This document shows, piece by piece, positions 18,441-27,435 of a DNA stretch of 64,000 nucleotides. Position numbers and translations under genes: made by a program. The notes under the pieces were generated by a model. That model saw only the letters and a program-made list of their open reading frames with translations, was not told the DNA's origin and ran no database searches. Numbering within the stretch: the first letter of the stretch is position 1; every line of letters starts with the position of its first letter. Source of the stretch: Candidatus Bathyarchaeota archaeon (GTDB lineage: Archaea > Thermoproteota > Bathyarchaeia > TCS64); the NCBI GenBank assembly GCA_043826455.1, contig JBDRQD010000015.1, forward strand, positions 233,353-297,352, written 5' to 3'.

Positions 18441-19763
18441 ATGGAGGCACAGGAGCAGGGAAAACAGGGGATGTTCTGGTTCATCCGAGGCAACATAAGG
18501 ACGCTCATGATCTGCAGGGTGCTCTGGAGCCTGAGCACCAGCATAGTGTACCCCTACTTCAGCCTCTACATCCTCGCCTTAGGGGGAACCGAGGTGGAGG
18601 TGGGCCTGATAAGCAGCATCGGGATCATCGCCGGCATGTTCCTGTACCCTGTCGGTGGGTTCCTGGCCGACAAGGCGGGTCGCGTCAAGCTCATAGGATA
18701 CTCCACTGTCCTCTACGCCCTGGCCCACATACCCTTCGTCATCGCCAACGACTGGCAGGCCCTCGCCCTGGGGCAGTTCATGGCCCAGCTTCTCCTATTC
18801 TACACCCCCGCCATGAACGCCCTCAGCAGCGACAGCCTGCCCCCCGGCGTCAGGGGAAGGGGCTTCGCTATCATGATGGCAGTCCCCCAGGCCATCAGGA
18901 TAATCGCTCCCAGCGTGGGTGGCTGGCTCATAGGATACTTCCAGGAGACAAGCGGGCTCACTGAGGACGCGGCTCTCGTCCAGGCCGTGCGGCTTGCCTG
19001 GGGCATCGCTTTTGTGACGGGGCTGCTGGTGGCCTACCTGAGGCTCCGCTACCTGACGGAGACCATCGAGGAGGATAAGTCCACAAAATACAGCTGGAGG
19101 GACGCCTTCGCCGTCCTCAGGGAGTCCTACGCCAGCATATGGGAGTCGGTGAAGTGGATGGACCGCAGCCTCAGAACCATAGTGGTCATCGAGATGGTGG
19201 CCGCCTTCTTCGTCGCAATGAGCGGCCCCTTCTACGTGATCTTCGCCAAGACCTTCGCGGGCCTCTCGGCCCCCGATTGGGGCTACGTGAACCTTGTGAG
19301 CGGAGTAGTCGCCCTAATCTTCGCGCTGCCCATGGGCCAAGTGGTTGACTCGTGGGGGCCCAAGAGGGCCATACTTGTGGGCATGATGGCCGCACCCGCC
19401 ATAATATTCCTGTTCCAGTACAGCGACGGTTTCTGGGCTGTGGCCGCTGCCATGACCCTCATCAGCCTCTGCAACAAGATCATGATCCCGGGCTTCAGCA
19501 CCCTCATCGCCAACATGATCCCCCGGAGCCGCAGAGGCCGCCTATACAGTCTGCTGGGTGAGCGCGGCGTCCAGATAAGCTGGGGTAACTTCTGGGGCGG
19601 CGGCTTCCTCATCTTCCCGCCGGCTGCCCTCGGCGCCTGGGTGGGCGGCCATGTCTACGCCATAAGCCCAGCTCTTGTCTGGCAGATAACCAGCGTAGCC
19701 CTCCTGGCCGCTGCCCTCATGGTGCTGTTCTTTGTCCACGAGCCGGAGAAGGCCCAGGAGTAG
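18441..19763 (+). CDS. MFS transporter (tandem copy 2)
   Basis: GGFLADKAGR; collinear with copy 1 over its full length. Confidence 0.92.
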   Translation: MEAQEQGKQGMFWFIRGNIRTLMICRVLWSLSTSIVYPYFSLYILALGGTEVEVGLISSIGIIAGMFLYPVGGFLADKAGRVKLIGYSTVLYALAHIPFVIANDWQALALGQFMAQLLLFYTPAMNALSSDSLPPGVRGRGFAIMMAVPQAIRIIAPSVGGWLIGYFQETSGLTEDAALVQAVRLAWGIAFVTGLLVAYLRLRYLTETIEEDKSTKYSWRDAFAVLRESYASIWESVKWMDRSLRTIVVIEMVAAFFVAMSGPFYVIFAKTFAGLSAPDWGYVNLVSGVVALIFALPMGQVVDSWGPKRAILVGMMAAPAIIFLFQYSDGFWAVAAAMTLISLCNKIMIPGFSTLIANMIPRSRRGRLYSLLGERGVQISWGNFWGGGFLIFPPAALGAWVGGHVYAISPALVWQITSVALLAAALMVLFFVHEPEKAQE

Positions 19764-19837
19764 AACCACCGAGAAGGTCTACGCGGAGCCTGGGGGCCGA
19801 TTTCACCTTTTTAAATGAGTTAAACAGATAGTGAACT

Positions 19838-20800
19838 ATGAAGCCGCTGGTTCTCATAAGCTCCGACACCATGAACGTCCCTGAGGACGTCTCAGCCGCT
19901 CTGAAACCCCACGCGGAGGTCGTGTACGTCAAGGGCAACTACGACAAGCTTCTCCATAAGGCTAGGGCCCTCTTGGTTGGCGGCGAGAAGGTGAACGAAG
20001 AGTTCCTCAAGAAGTCCCCCAACTTGGGTGTGGCCGCAAGGTTCGGGGTGGGCTACGACTCTGTCAATGTAGACGCCTGCACCAGGAGGAAGGTGTATGT
20101 AACGCACACCCCCGATGTGCTGTCTGGGGGTGTAGCAGATCACACTTGGGCCCTGATCCTGGGCTTCATGAGGAGGATACCTGAGGCTGACCGAAACGCC
20201 CGGGAGCACTGGGCCAAGAGAGACAGGAGGCTGCCCTTCGGCTGGGACATGGAGGGCAAGACCCTAGGGCTCCTGGGGCTGGGCAGGATAGGGGCCGAGG
20301 TGCTTAAACGAGCCCAGGGCTTCGACCTGGACCTGGCCTACCATGACGTGGTAAGGCGTGAGGACCTGGAGAAGCAGTACGGGGTGAGGTACCTGGGCTT
20401 CGACGAGCTTCTGGGGGCCTCCGATATCCTCAGCATCCACGTCCCACTGCTTCCCTCCACCCGGGGCATCATAGGGGATGAGGCCCTCTCCAAGATGAAG
20501 ACCTCCGCCGTGGTGGTGAACACCAGCCGCGGCCAGGTCATAGACGAGAAGGCCCTGTACAGGGCCCTGAAGAATGGACATATCAGGGGCGCCGCCCTGG
20601 ATGTCTTCGAGGAGGAGCCCACGCCCCTGGACAACCCCCTGCTGACACTGGACAACGTGGTGGTGACCCCCCACTGCGCCTCGGCCACCTGGGAGACTAG
20701 GCGCAAGATGGCTGAGACGGCCGTGGGCAACATCAAGGTCTTCCTGGAGGGCAGGAGGCCCCCCAACGTGGTGCCCGAGCAGAGGGGCGTCAGCTTCTAG
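19838..20800 (+). CDS. D-2-hydroxyacid dehydrogenase (glyoxylate/hydroxypyruvate reductase-like)
   Basis: GVGYD, GLGRIG, NTSRG, LDVFEEEP, TPHCAS. Confidence 0.92.
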   Translation: MKPLVLISSDTMNVPEDVSAALKPHAEVVYVKGNYDKLLHKARALLVGGEKVNEEFLKKSPNLGVAARFGVGYDSVNVDACTRRKVYVTHTPDVLSGGVADHTWALILGFMRRIPEADRNAREHWAKRDRRLPFGWDMEGKTLGLLGLGRIGAEVLKRAQGFDLDLAYHDVVRREDLEKQYGVRYLGFDELLGASDILSIHVPLLPSTRGIIGDEALSKMKTSAVVVNTSRGQVIDEKALYRALKNGHIRGAALDVFEEEPTPLDNPLLTLDNVVVTPHCASATWETRRKMAETAVGNIKVFLEGRRPPNVVPEQRGVSF

Positions 20801-20882
20801 GCTCCACATCTTTAATACCTCCTCGACGAATATCCGTGGACCCGAAAGGTGTAGCATCCATCGCTGCAGGTGAAGTGAAGAC

Positions 20883-21584
20883 TTGGATCTGTGGGCCAAT
20901 GTCCCGGTCATGCTGGCGTGCTACGGCTACATCCTGGCCCTCATATTCGTGTCCGGCAGGATGAGTGACAGTGGCAGAGTATCCAAGAAGACCAGCCGCA
21001 AGTTCCTCCACGCCATGATAGGCAACCTACCTCTCATTATGCCCTTCTTCACCGACAGCCTGTTCCCCTTCCTGGTGGCCTCCCCCTTCATCTTCGTCAC
21101 CCTCCTAGTCTCACCCTACTCGCCCTTCCCCGAGCTGGGAAAGAAGTTCAGCGGCCTCGCCGACATCACTGAGGAGGGCCACCACACGGGCCTGGTGCTC
21201 TACGCCATAAGCTACAGCCTCCTGGCCCTGGTCTACGGCGTCAAACCCTACATAGTGGCTGCCGGCATCTTCCCCATGGCCTACGGTGACAGCTCTGCGG
21301 CCATCATAGGCGAGAGGTTCGGCGTCCACAGGTACAGGGTTTTTGAGCAGAAGAGCTTGGAGGGTAGCCTGGGCATGTTGGCCGGCAGCCTCCTGTCACT
21401 GCTCGTCGGGATGCTTTACTTCAGCCGCCTCTACGGTTTCAGCTTCCAGGCTCAGGTTGCGCCGTGCCTGGCCGTGGCGCTCGTGGCCACCCTGGCTGAA
21501 GCAGTTAGCCCCAGGAGTCTGGACAATCTGAGTGTGCCCCTCCTGGGCGCGCTGACCTTCATTCTGATGGGCGGGGGCGTGTGA
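20883..21584 (+). CDS. SEC59/DGK1/VTE5-family CTP-dependent polyprenol (dolichol/phytol) kinase-like membrane protein
   Basis: SRKFLH, MAYGDSSAAIIGERFG, KSLEGS, LAEAVSPRSLDNLSVP. Confidence 0.88.
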   Translation: MDLWANVPVMLACYGYILALIFVSGRMSDSGRVSKKTSRKFLHAMIGNLPLIMPFFTDSLFPFLVASPFIFVTLLVSPYSPFPELGKKFSGLADITEEGHHTGLVLYAISYSLLALVYGVKPYIVAAGIFPMAYGDSSAAIIGERFGVHRYRVFEQKSLEGSLGMLAGSLLSLLVGMLYFSRLYGFSFQAQVAPCLAVALVATLAEAVSPRSLDNLSVPLLGALTFILMGGGV

Positions 21585-22147
21585 CGGTGTTCATAGTCAT
21601 AGACGGTTTGGACGGCTCGGGGAAGAGCACTCAGGCTCGCCTCATATGCGGCAAGCTAGCCCGGAGAGGCAAGAGCTTCATATTGAGGTCCCACCCATCC
21701 CCGGACAACTTCTTCGGACGGATGGGCCGTGGCTACCTGCTCCTGGAGGGGAAGAGGGCGCGGATCGCCGCCAGCCTGTTCTACCTGGTGGACGTTATCC
21801 GCTCCGTGCTCCTGTACCGGTGGAGGAGGGCGGACTACGTCATCTTCGTCCGTTACCTCATGGGGACCGCCTATCTCCCGCGGCCCCTCCACCGGGTAGC
21901 CTACCTCTTCTTCTACAGGCTCGTCCCCACTAGCAGCCACATGTACTTCATAGACGTACGCCCTGAGGAGGCGTACAGGCGGCTGGAGTCCAGGGCGAGG
22001 AAGGAGATTTTCGAGACCCCTGAGAGGCTTAAGGAGGTCCGTGATAAGGTTCTGGGGCTCACGGTGAACGGCGGCTGGACCATAATAGATGGGAACCGGC
22101 CTTGGAGGGCTATCCACCGGCAGCTCTGCCTGCTCCTGGGTCTCTGA
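21581..22147 (+). CDS. Thymidylate kinase-like P-loop kinase (divergent)
   Basis: IDGLDGSGKSTQ P-loop; the DR(Y/F) motif appears as VRY; GTGA overlap with the upstream gene. Confidence 0.8.
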   Translation: MTVFIVIDGLDGSGKSTQARLICGKLARRGKSFILRSHPSPDNFFGRMGRGYLLLEGKRARIAASLFYLVDVIRSVLLYRWRRADYVIFVRYLMGTAYLPRPLHRVAYLFFYRLVPTSSHMYFIDVRPEEAYRRLESRARKEIFETPERLKEVRDKVLGLTVNGGWTIIDGNRPWRAIHRQLCLLLGL

Positions 22148-23315
22148 GCCTGAGGATCAGGGGCACGGCGAGGCTCAGGGTGGCTATCTGGATGAACAGG
22201 GGCGCTGTGAACCCGTACCTCTCCAGGAGTACGCCTGCGAGCCACGGGGCCGGAATCGCACCTATCCTGCCATAGGCATCCAGCTTACCCATGACGCTGC
22301 TGCGCGTCTCCTTGGGCACGATCTCGGTCAGGAGGCTGGTCCAGCTGGGCATCCAGAAGCAGATGTCCACGGCGCTGATCCCGTTGAAAAGGATGTAGGC
22401 GGCGGGGGACTTGAAGAAGATGAATCCGAGAACCGTGACGTACGCCATTACTATGCTACCCATGAGCATCCGCTTCCTGCCCAGCCTGTCGCTGAGCTTA
22501 CCCAAGGGGATACTGCCCAGGGCCCAGACTAGGTTGAAGCTGGTGCTCATGAACCCCAGCTCCAGGGTGGTGAAGCCCCTGTAGTCGGTGAGGGCCCCGT
22601 AGAAGAGGCTGTAGGCTACTGCGTACCCGAATCCCTGGATGAGCATGATAGTATAGAGGCTAAGGTTGCTTGCCTCCGGTAGCAGGGCGCCCCGCATCAT
22701 CTCGCGGAGGGGCTTAGCCTCAGCCTTCCTCGGGGTGTGGGTCTCCTTAACGAAGAGTAGGAGGATGACGAAGCCCACCAAATCCGCGACTAGGGCCGCG
22801 TAGAGGATGGGCGTGTAGCCCATGGTGAGAGCTATGTAGCCGCCCGCCGAGGCCATCAGGGTGCTGACGCCCTGGCTAATAGTCATCAGGGTACTCAGCG
22901 CCGTGGCCCTCCGGGCGTTGTCCACGCTCTCCGCTATCAGGGCGTTTCTCCCAGGGTTGCCCATCATGAACATAGCGGTGAAACCAATGAGGAAGGCGAA
23001 CACCAGCAACGCCGGGTAGCTCTTAGACACTATGAGGACCAGTATCGCCAGAATCCTGCAGGCGTCAGCCGCAACCACCACTGGCCTGCGCCCGTAGTTG
23101 TCGCTCACGTAGCCCCAGGTGAACAGGCCGAGGCCGGTGCTGACGTTGATCATGGTCTGGACGATGCCCAGCTGGCTCAGCGATATGCCGGTGCTGAGGA
23201 GGTAAGGCTGCCAGACAACGTAGAACATGCCGAAACCTATCTGGCTTATGAGGGTCTGCGCGGCCAGCACCCGGATGTTGCCCTCCAGGGCCAGGAAACG
23301 GCTTAGGGACTTCAA
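22110..23315 (-). CDS. MFS transporter
   Basis: GYVSDNYGRR and GKLSDRLGRK motifs. Confidence 0.92.
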   Translation of the reverse strand: MKSLSRFLALEGNIRVLAAQTLISQIGFGMFYVVWQPYLLSTGISLSQLGIVQTMINVSTGLGLFTWGYVSDNYGRRPVVVAADACRILAILVLIVSKSYPALLVFAFLIGFTAMFMMGNPGRNALIAESVDNARRATALSTLMTISQGVSTLMASAGGYIALTMGYTPILYAALVADLVGFVILLLFVKETHTPRKAEAKPLREMMRGALLPEASNLSLYTIMLIQGFGYAVAYSLFYGALTDYRGFTTLELGFMSTSFNLVWALGSIPLGKLSDRLGRKRMLMGSIVMAYVTVLGFIFFKSPAAYILFNGISAVDICFWMPSWTSLLTEIVPKETRSSVMGKLDAYGRIGAIPAPWLAGVLLERYGFTAPLFIQIATLSLAVPLILRLRDPGAGRAAGG

Positions 23316-23368
23316 GGCTCCGAGAACCTAGCATTAGTCACGTTGTCCAGAATAAAAATGAGGCGGAG

Positions 23369-24187
23369 CTAGCCCAGCGCCTCGCGGAGTAGCCTCAGGT
23401 TCCTCTCCACGTCGTGGGCGTCGTACATGCCGATGTTCCAGGCGTCTATGAACCCGTGGAACTGGAGGACGTACCTTATGGCCTCATCCGCCCTTGCTCT
23501 AAGCTCCCCAGCTTGGAGTATCTTGATGACGTAGACGAACTTGCCGGCGTCGTGCAGGTCTCGGATGGCCTCGATCCTGTCCTCCTGGGAGCCGTCGTCC
23601 ACGTAGGCTCCCGCCATGTTCAGCGTGGTGCAGACCACATCTATCTCGGGGACCTCCAGCACCTGCCTCAGCGTCTCGGTGCTGTGGGTGGATAATGCTG
23701 TGGCTCTCACCCGCCCCGTCTCCTTGGCGTCCAGGAAGGCCCTGAGCGCCCCCATCCTGCTGCTCAGCGGGCCGGAGACGTAGGGGCGATCCGACGCGTC
23801 CAGCTTCTCCACAGGCCTGGGCGGCACAATATGCAGGAACATGATGTCCACGTACTCGGTGCCCAGGTCCCTGAGGCTGAGCTCCACGGCCTTCACCCCC
23901 TCATCATAGGTGTGGGCGTTGGTCTTGTCCGCTACCACCACCTCTCCGCGGGGGACCAGTTTCAGGCCCTCGGCCACGTGGGGGTGGGTACCGTAGTCGT
24001 CGCTGGTGTCCCAGAAGTTGACTCCCAGCCTGTATGCCTTGGCGAGCCTTCTTCCCCCCTCTGGTGGCGGTACGTCGCCCTGGGTCTTGGCGCTCTCGGG
24101 GCCCTTCTTGAAGGTGAAGGGCTCGGTGCCGTAGCACAGCCTCGAGACGGTGAGCCCCGTGTCCCCGAGCCTTGTGGTGAGCCTCAT
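23369..24187 (-). CDS. Aldo/keto reductase family protein
   Basis: LGDTGLTVSRLCYGT, DTSDDYG, K, YVDIMFLH. Confidence 0.9.
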   Translation of the reverse strand: MRLTTRLGDTGLTVSRLCYGTEPFTFKKGPESAKTQGDVPPPEGGRRLAKAYRLGVNFWDTSDDYGTHPHVAEGLKLVPRGEVVVADKTNAHTYDEGVKAVELSLRDLGTEYVDIMFLHIVPPRPVEKLDASDRPYVSGPLSSRMGALRAFLDAKETGRVRATALSTHSTETLRQVLEVPEIDVVCTTLNMAGAYVDDGSQEDRIEAIRDLHDAGKFVYVIKILQAGELRARADEAIRYVLQFHGFIDAWNIGMYDAHDVERNLRLLREALG

Positions 24188-24203
24188 CGCTTCCAGCCCT
24201 GGC

Positions 24204-24581
24204 TCAGTAGTTGGAGAAGTGGGCGTGGGCGATGCGCCAGCCTTCCCCTGCCTTGACGTAGAGGATGGTCACGGGGCCGCGCTGAGTCCTATCTGAGCCC
24301 TTCCTCTGGAAGAGCCAGTCCGCCTTCACCGCCGCGGAGTCAGCGAACTCCTCGATGTCCACGTCCTCCAGCCACAGCCTGTTGCCCGTCTCCTTGCCTC
24401 CTGCCACGAACCCGAACTCCTCGTGGTGCCTGACGAGGCTGTCGATGCCCTTGATGAGCCCCTGCTTCTCGGAACTGAAGTAGGTCACCCGCCCGTCGTC
24501 GAGGAAGAGCCTTTTCACCTGGTTCAGGTCGTAGGTGTTCCAGAGCTTGACCCAATCTTCGACCGCGTCTGTTATGATCAT
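24204..24581 (-). CDS. SnoaL/NTF2-like protein
   Basis: C-terminal GWRIAHAHFS; size 125 aa. Confidence 0.8.
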   Translation of the reverse strand: MIITDAVEDWVKLWNTYDLNQVKRLFLDDGRVTYFSSEKQGLIKGIDSLVRHHEEFGFVAGGKETGNRLWLEDVDIEEFADSAAVKADWLFQRKGSDRTQRGPVTILYVKAGEGWRIAHAHFSNY

Positions 24582-24708
24582 CTTCAGGGAACACTTTACT
24601 CATCTGTGCTCTTAAACTTCTCCGAGCCGGCGCCTGCATGTTTGCGTCGGGAAACGGCTGACAGCCAGAGGCCGTGGGCGCCGCATCCGATCTTTTTTAT
24701 CACTCTCT

Positions 24709-25968
24709 TTGACTAACTACCATATGAGCTCTGAGCGCCCCATGAGGCCGTTCATGATCGTCTTCGCCGGCCAGGCGTTCTCCCTCTTCGGCAGCAGGCT
24801 GGTCCAGTTCTCCCTCGTCTGGTGGATCACCGAGACCACGGGGCTGGCGTCCACCCTGGCCTTCGCCAGCATCGTCGCCATGCTGCCTCAGGTGCTGCTG
24901 GGGCCCTTCGCCGGCGCCTTGGTGGACCGTTGGAACCGTAAGACCGTGATGATGGTCTCGGACTCCTTCATAGCGCTCGTGGTGGTGGCGCTGGCGTTTC
25001 TCTACGGCACCGGCGCCGTACGGCTCTGGCATGTCTTCCTGGCCATGTTCATCCGGTCCCTGGGTGGAGCCTTCCAGTGGCCCGCCATGCAGGCCACGAC
25101 CACCATGATGGTGGACAAGGAGAGCCTCAGCCGGGTCGCCGGGATGAACCAGAGCTTACAGGGATTGGCCGGTATCGTCGCGCCTCCGCTGGGGGCGTTC
25201 CTAATGCAGGTCATACCGATCCAGATAATACTGCTGATCGACGTAGCCACGGCAGTACTCGCGGTGGGGTCCCTTTTCTTCATCAAGGTTCCTCAGCCCA
25301 TCCGCGAGGTGACCGAGGTGCTGGGGCTGAAGACCGTGCTCTCGGACATGAGGGAGGGGGCCAAGTTTGTGTGGAGCTGGAAGGGCCTCAGGATCATCAT
25401 GGGGATGTCTATGATCATCAACTTCCTCATGAGCCCCGCCTTCAGCCTACTTCCACTGGTGGTCACCAACCACTTCGACGGCGGCGCAGTAGAGCTGGGG
25501 TGGCTCCAGTCGGCCAACGGCGTCGGTATGATAGCCGGCGGCCTCCTCCTGGGGGCGTGGGGCGGCTTCAGGAAACGCATAGTCACCGCCATGACGTCGA
25601 TAATCGTAAGCGGCGTCTTCATAGTGGCCTTCAGCTTCATGCCCCCCCAGCTGTTCCTGACGGCAGTGGGCTGCGTCTTCGTGTTCGCCGTCTTCAACGC
25701 CATGGCCAACGGGACCTTCTTCTCTAGCATACAGGCCGTGATCCCGCCCGAGATGCAGGGACGGGTGTTCACAATCCTGATGAGTCTAAGCGGAGGCATG
25801 ACGCCCATCGGCCTCGCCTTCGCGGGGCCCGTCTCGGACAGCCTGGGCCTGTTCATCTGGTTCAGGATCGGAGGGATAGTGTTGGTGTTGATGGGCGCCG
25901 TTGCGTTCCTCTTACCGGCGGTCATGAACCTCGAGGAAGAGTTCGAGCAGCCTCAGGCAGAAGCTTGA
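24709..25968 (+). CDS. MFS transporter (Mef(A)/DHA3-like)
   Basis: GQAFSLFGS, GALVDRWNRK, MQGRVF; start may be ATG 24724. Confidence 0.92.
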   Translation: MTNYHMSSERPMRPFMIVFAGQAFSLFGSRLVQFSLVWWITETTGLASTLAFASIVAMLPQVLLGPFAGALVDRWNRKTVMMVSDSFIALVVVALAFLYGTGAVRLWHVFLAMFIRSLGGAFQWPAMQATTTMMVDKESLSRVAGMNQSLQGLAGIVAPPLGAFLMQVIPIQIILLIDVATAVLAVGSLFFIKVPQPIREVTEVLGLKTVLSDMREGAKFVWSWKGLRIIMGMSMIINFLMSPAFSLLPLVVTNHFDGGAVELGWLQSANGVGMIAGGLLLGAWGGFRKRIVTAMTSIIVSGVFIVAFSFMPPQLFLTAVGCVFVFAVFNAMANGTFFSSIQAVIPPEMQGRVFTILMSLSGGMTPIGLAFAGPVSDSLGLFIWFRIGGIVLVLMGAVAFLLPAVMNLEEEFEQPQAEA

Positions 25969-26015
25969 CCCGTCTCTGGGAAGGCAATTATGTCTGAGGC
26001 GAGGATATACAATAC

Positions 26016-26666
26016 TTGGAGTCCATGCACCCGATAATACTAGTGCGGCACGGTGAGGCGGAGCATAACGTCAGCGACCTCAACGGAGGCTGGTCCCAGA
26101 CAGGTTTAACGGAGCTGGGTGTCAGGCAGACCCGGGCAGTGGCCAGAAGACTGTCCGAGGAGCTGAGGGGCCACAGGGTGAGGCTGGTGGCCAGCGACCT
26201 GAGGAGAACAAGGGAGACGGCTGAGATCATATCTGAGGCCCTCGGGGTTCAACCCGAGTACAACGCCGGGGTCAGGGAGTTCAACAACGGGATAGCCGCC
26301 GACAAGACCAAGCAGGAGGTTCAGGAGTTCTTCGTGGAGCCCCATGAGCCCCTCCTGGACTGGCAGCCTTACCCCGGCTCGGAGACCTGGCGCCTATTCT
26401 ATCGGCGCGTCTCGGAGGCCATGGATGAGCTAACTAGGGGGAACGACAGGGTCATGGTTGTGATCACCCACGGCGGCACAATCGTCCATATACTCTCCTG
26501 GTGGCTCAGGCTCACACCGGAGCAGATGATAAGAACGTCATTTAAGTGCGAGCCCACTGCCCTCACCGTCCTCAAGGTGACCGAGCTTAGGGAGCACATG
26601 GTCGAGCGCCTCAATGACACCCAGCACCTCGTGGAGTTGGGCGGCTACAACCCCCTCAATCTTTAA
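26016..26666 (+). CDS. Histidine phosphatase superfamily protein
   Basis: LVRHGE, SDLRR, E, VITHGG, LNDTQHL. Confidence 0.93.
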   Translation: MESMHPIILVRHGEAEHNVSDLNGGWSQTGLTELGVRQTRAVARRLSEELRGHRVRLVASDLRRTRETAEIISEALGVQPEYNAGVREFNNGIAADKTKQEVQEFFVEPHEPLLDWQPYPGSETWRLFYRRVSEAMDELTRGNDRVMVVITHGGTIVHILSWWLRLTPEQMIRTSFKCEPTALTVLKVTELREHMVERLNDTQHLVELGGYNPLNL

Positions 26667-26775
26667 CGTGAGCCTGATGGCTTCCTCCTGGGGCCTATGA
26701 GGCTGAAACAACGCATCTCTCTCGGAGCCACCCTGGACGGTAAAACAATAAAACCCCCTGTGTCAACCTTAACGT

Positions 26776-27435
26776 GTGGACACCGTCAAGCTCCGGAACC
26801 TATCCGGCCTCATGTTCTTCATATTTGTCTCAGCCTACTTCGCCATGTTTCACATGGACCTGGGGAACACGCTGGTGGTGGTCTTCCTGAAGCTGGTCTC
26901 CGTCATCATCTTACCTGCGACGGTCTGCTTCAGCTGGCTCTACTTCTGGGCTGACAGCCTCGACCCCTTCCGGTACCTGAGCCTGTGGAACTGCGGCACC
27001 CAGGTCATGTTTCTCGCCGTGAACCTCCTCAGGGTGCCCCCCGCCCACTGGGGGGCCGCGGGGTGGCTCTACATAGGGTTATCCGCCGTGATAGTGGCCC
27101 TCTACGTCACCAGGCTCCACAACACCAAGTGGGGCTTCTTCGCCGCTGGGGGACTCATACTGCTGAACGTGGCCCTGGTGTTCATCGTCACCCTCACGAC
27201 TTACGACATGATCCATCCCTTCTTCGCGGCCAGCCAGTTGGAGCCTGTCCGGTACCTGGGGTATTTCATCACGGAACTGGCCGTCATGGGGGCGGTCTAC
27301 TCCTCCAGCAGCCAGCTGTACTGGCACGACATACTCACTAAGCGGCGGGAGGAGGCCCTCGTGGAGCACATGTTCAACCGGCTGGATGAGGAGGCTACCC
27401 GACGGCGGGTATCAGAAACCTCTCAGGCAACCTGA
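26776..27435 (+). CDS. Hypothetical polytopic membrane protein
   Basis: About 6 TM segments plus charged C-terminal tail; coding-like codon bias. Confidence 0.7.
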   Translation: MDTVKLRNLSGLMFFIFVSAYFAMFHMDLGNTLVVVFLKLVSVIILPATVCFSWLYFWADSLDPFRYLSLWNCGTQVMFLAVNLLRVPPAHWGAAGWLYIGLSAVIVALYVTRLHNTKWGFFAAGGLILLNVALVFIVTLTTYDMIHPFFAASQLEPVRYLGYFITELAVMGAVYSSSSQLYWHDILTKRREEALVEHMFNRLDEEATRRRVSETSQAT

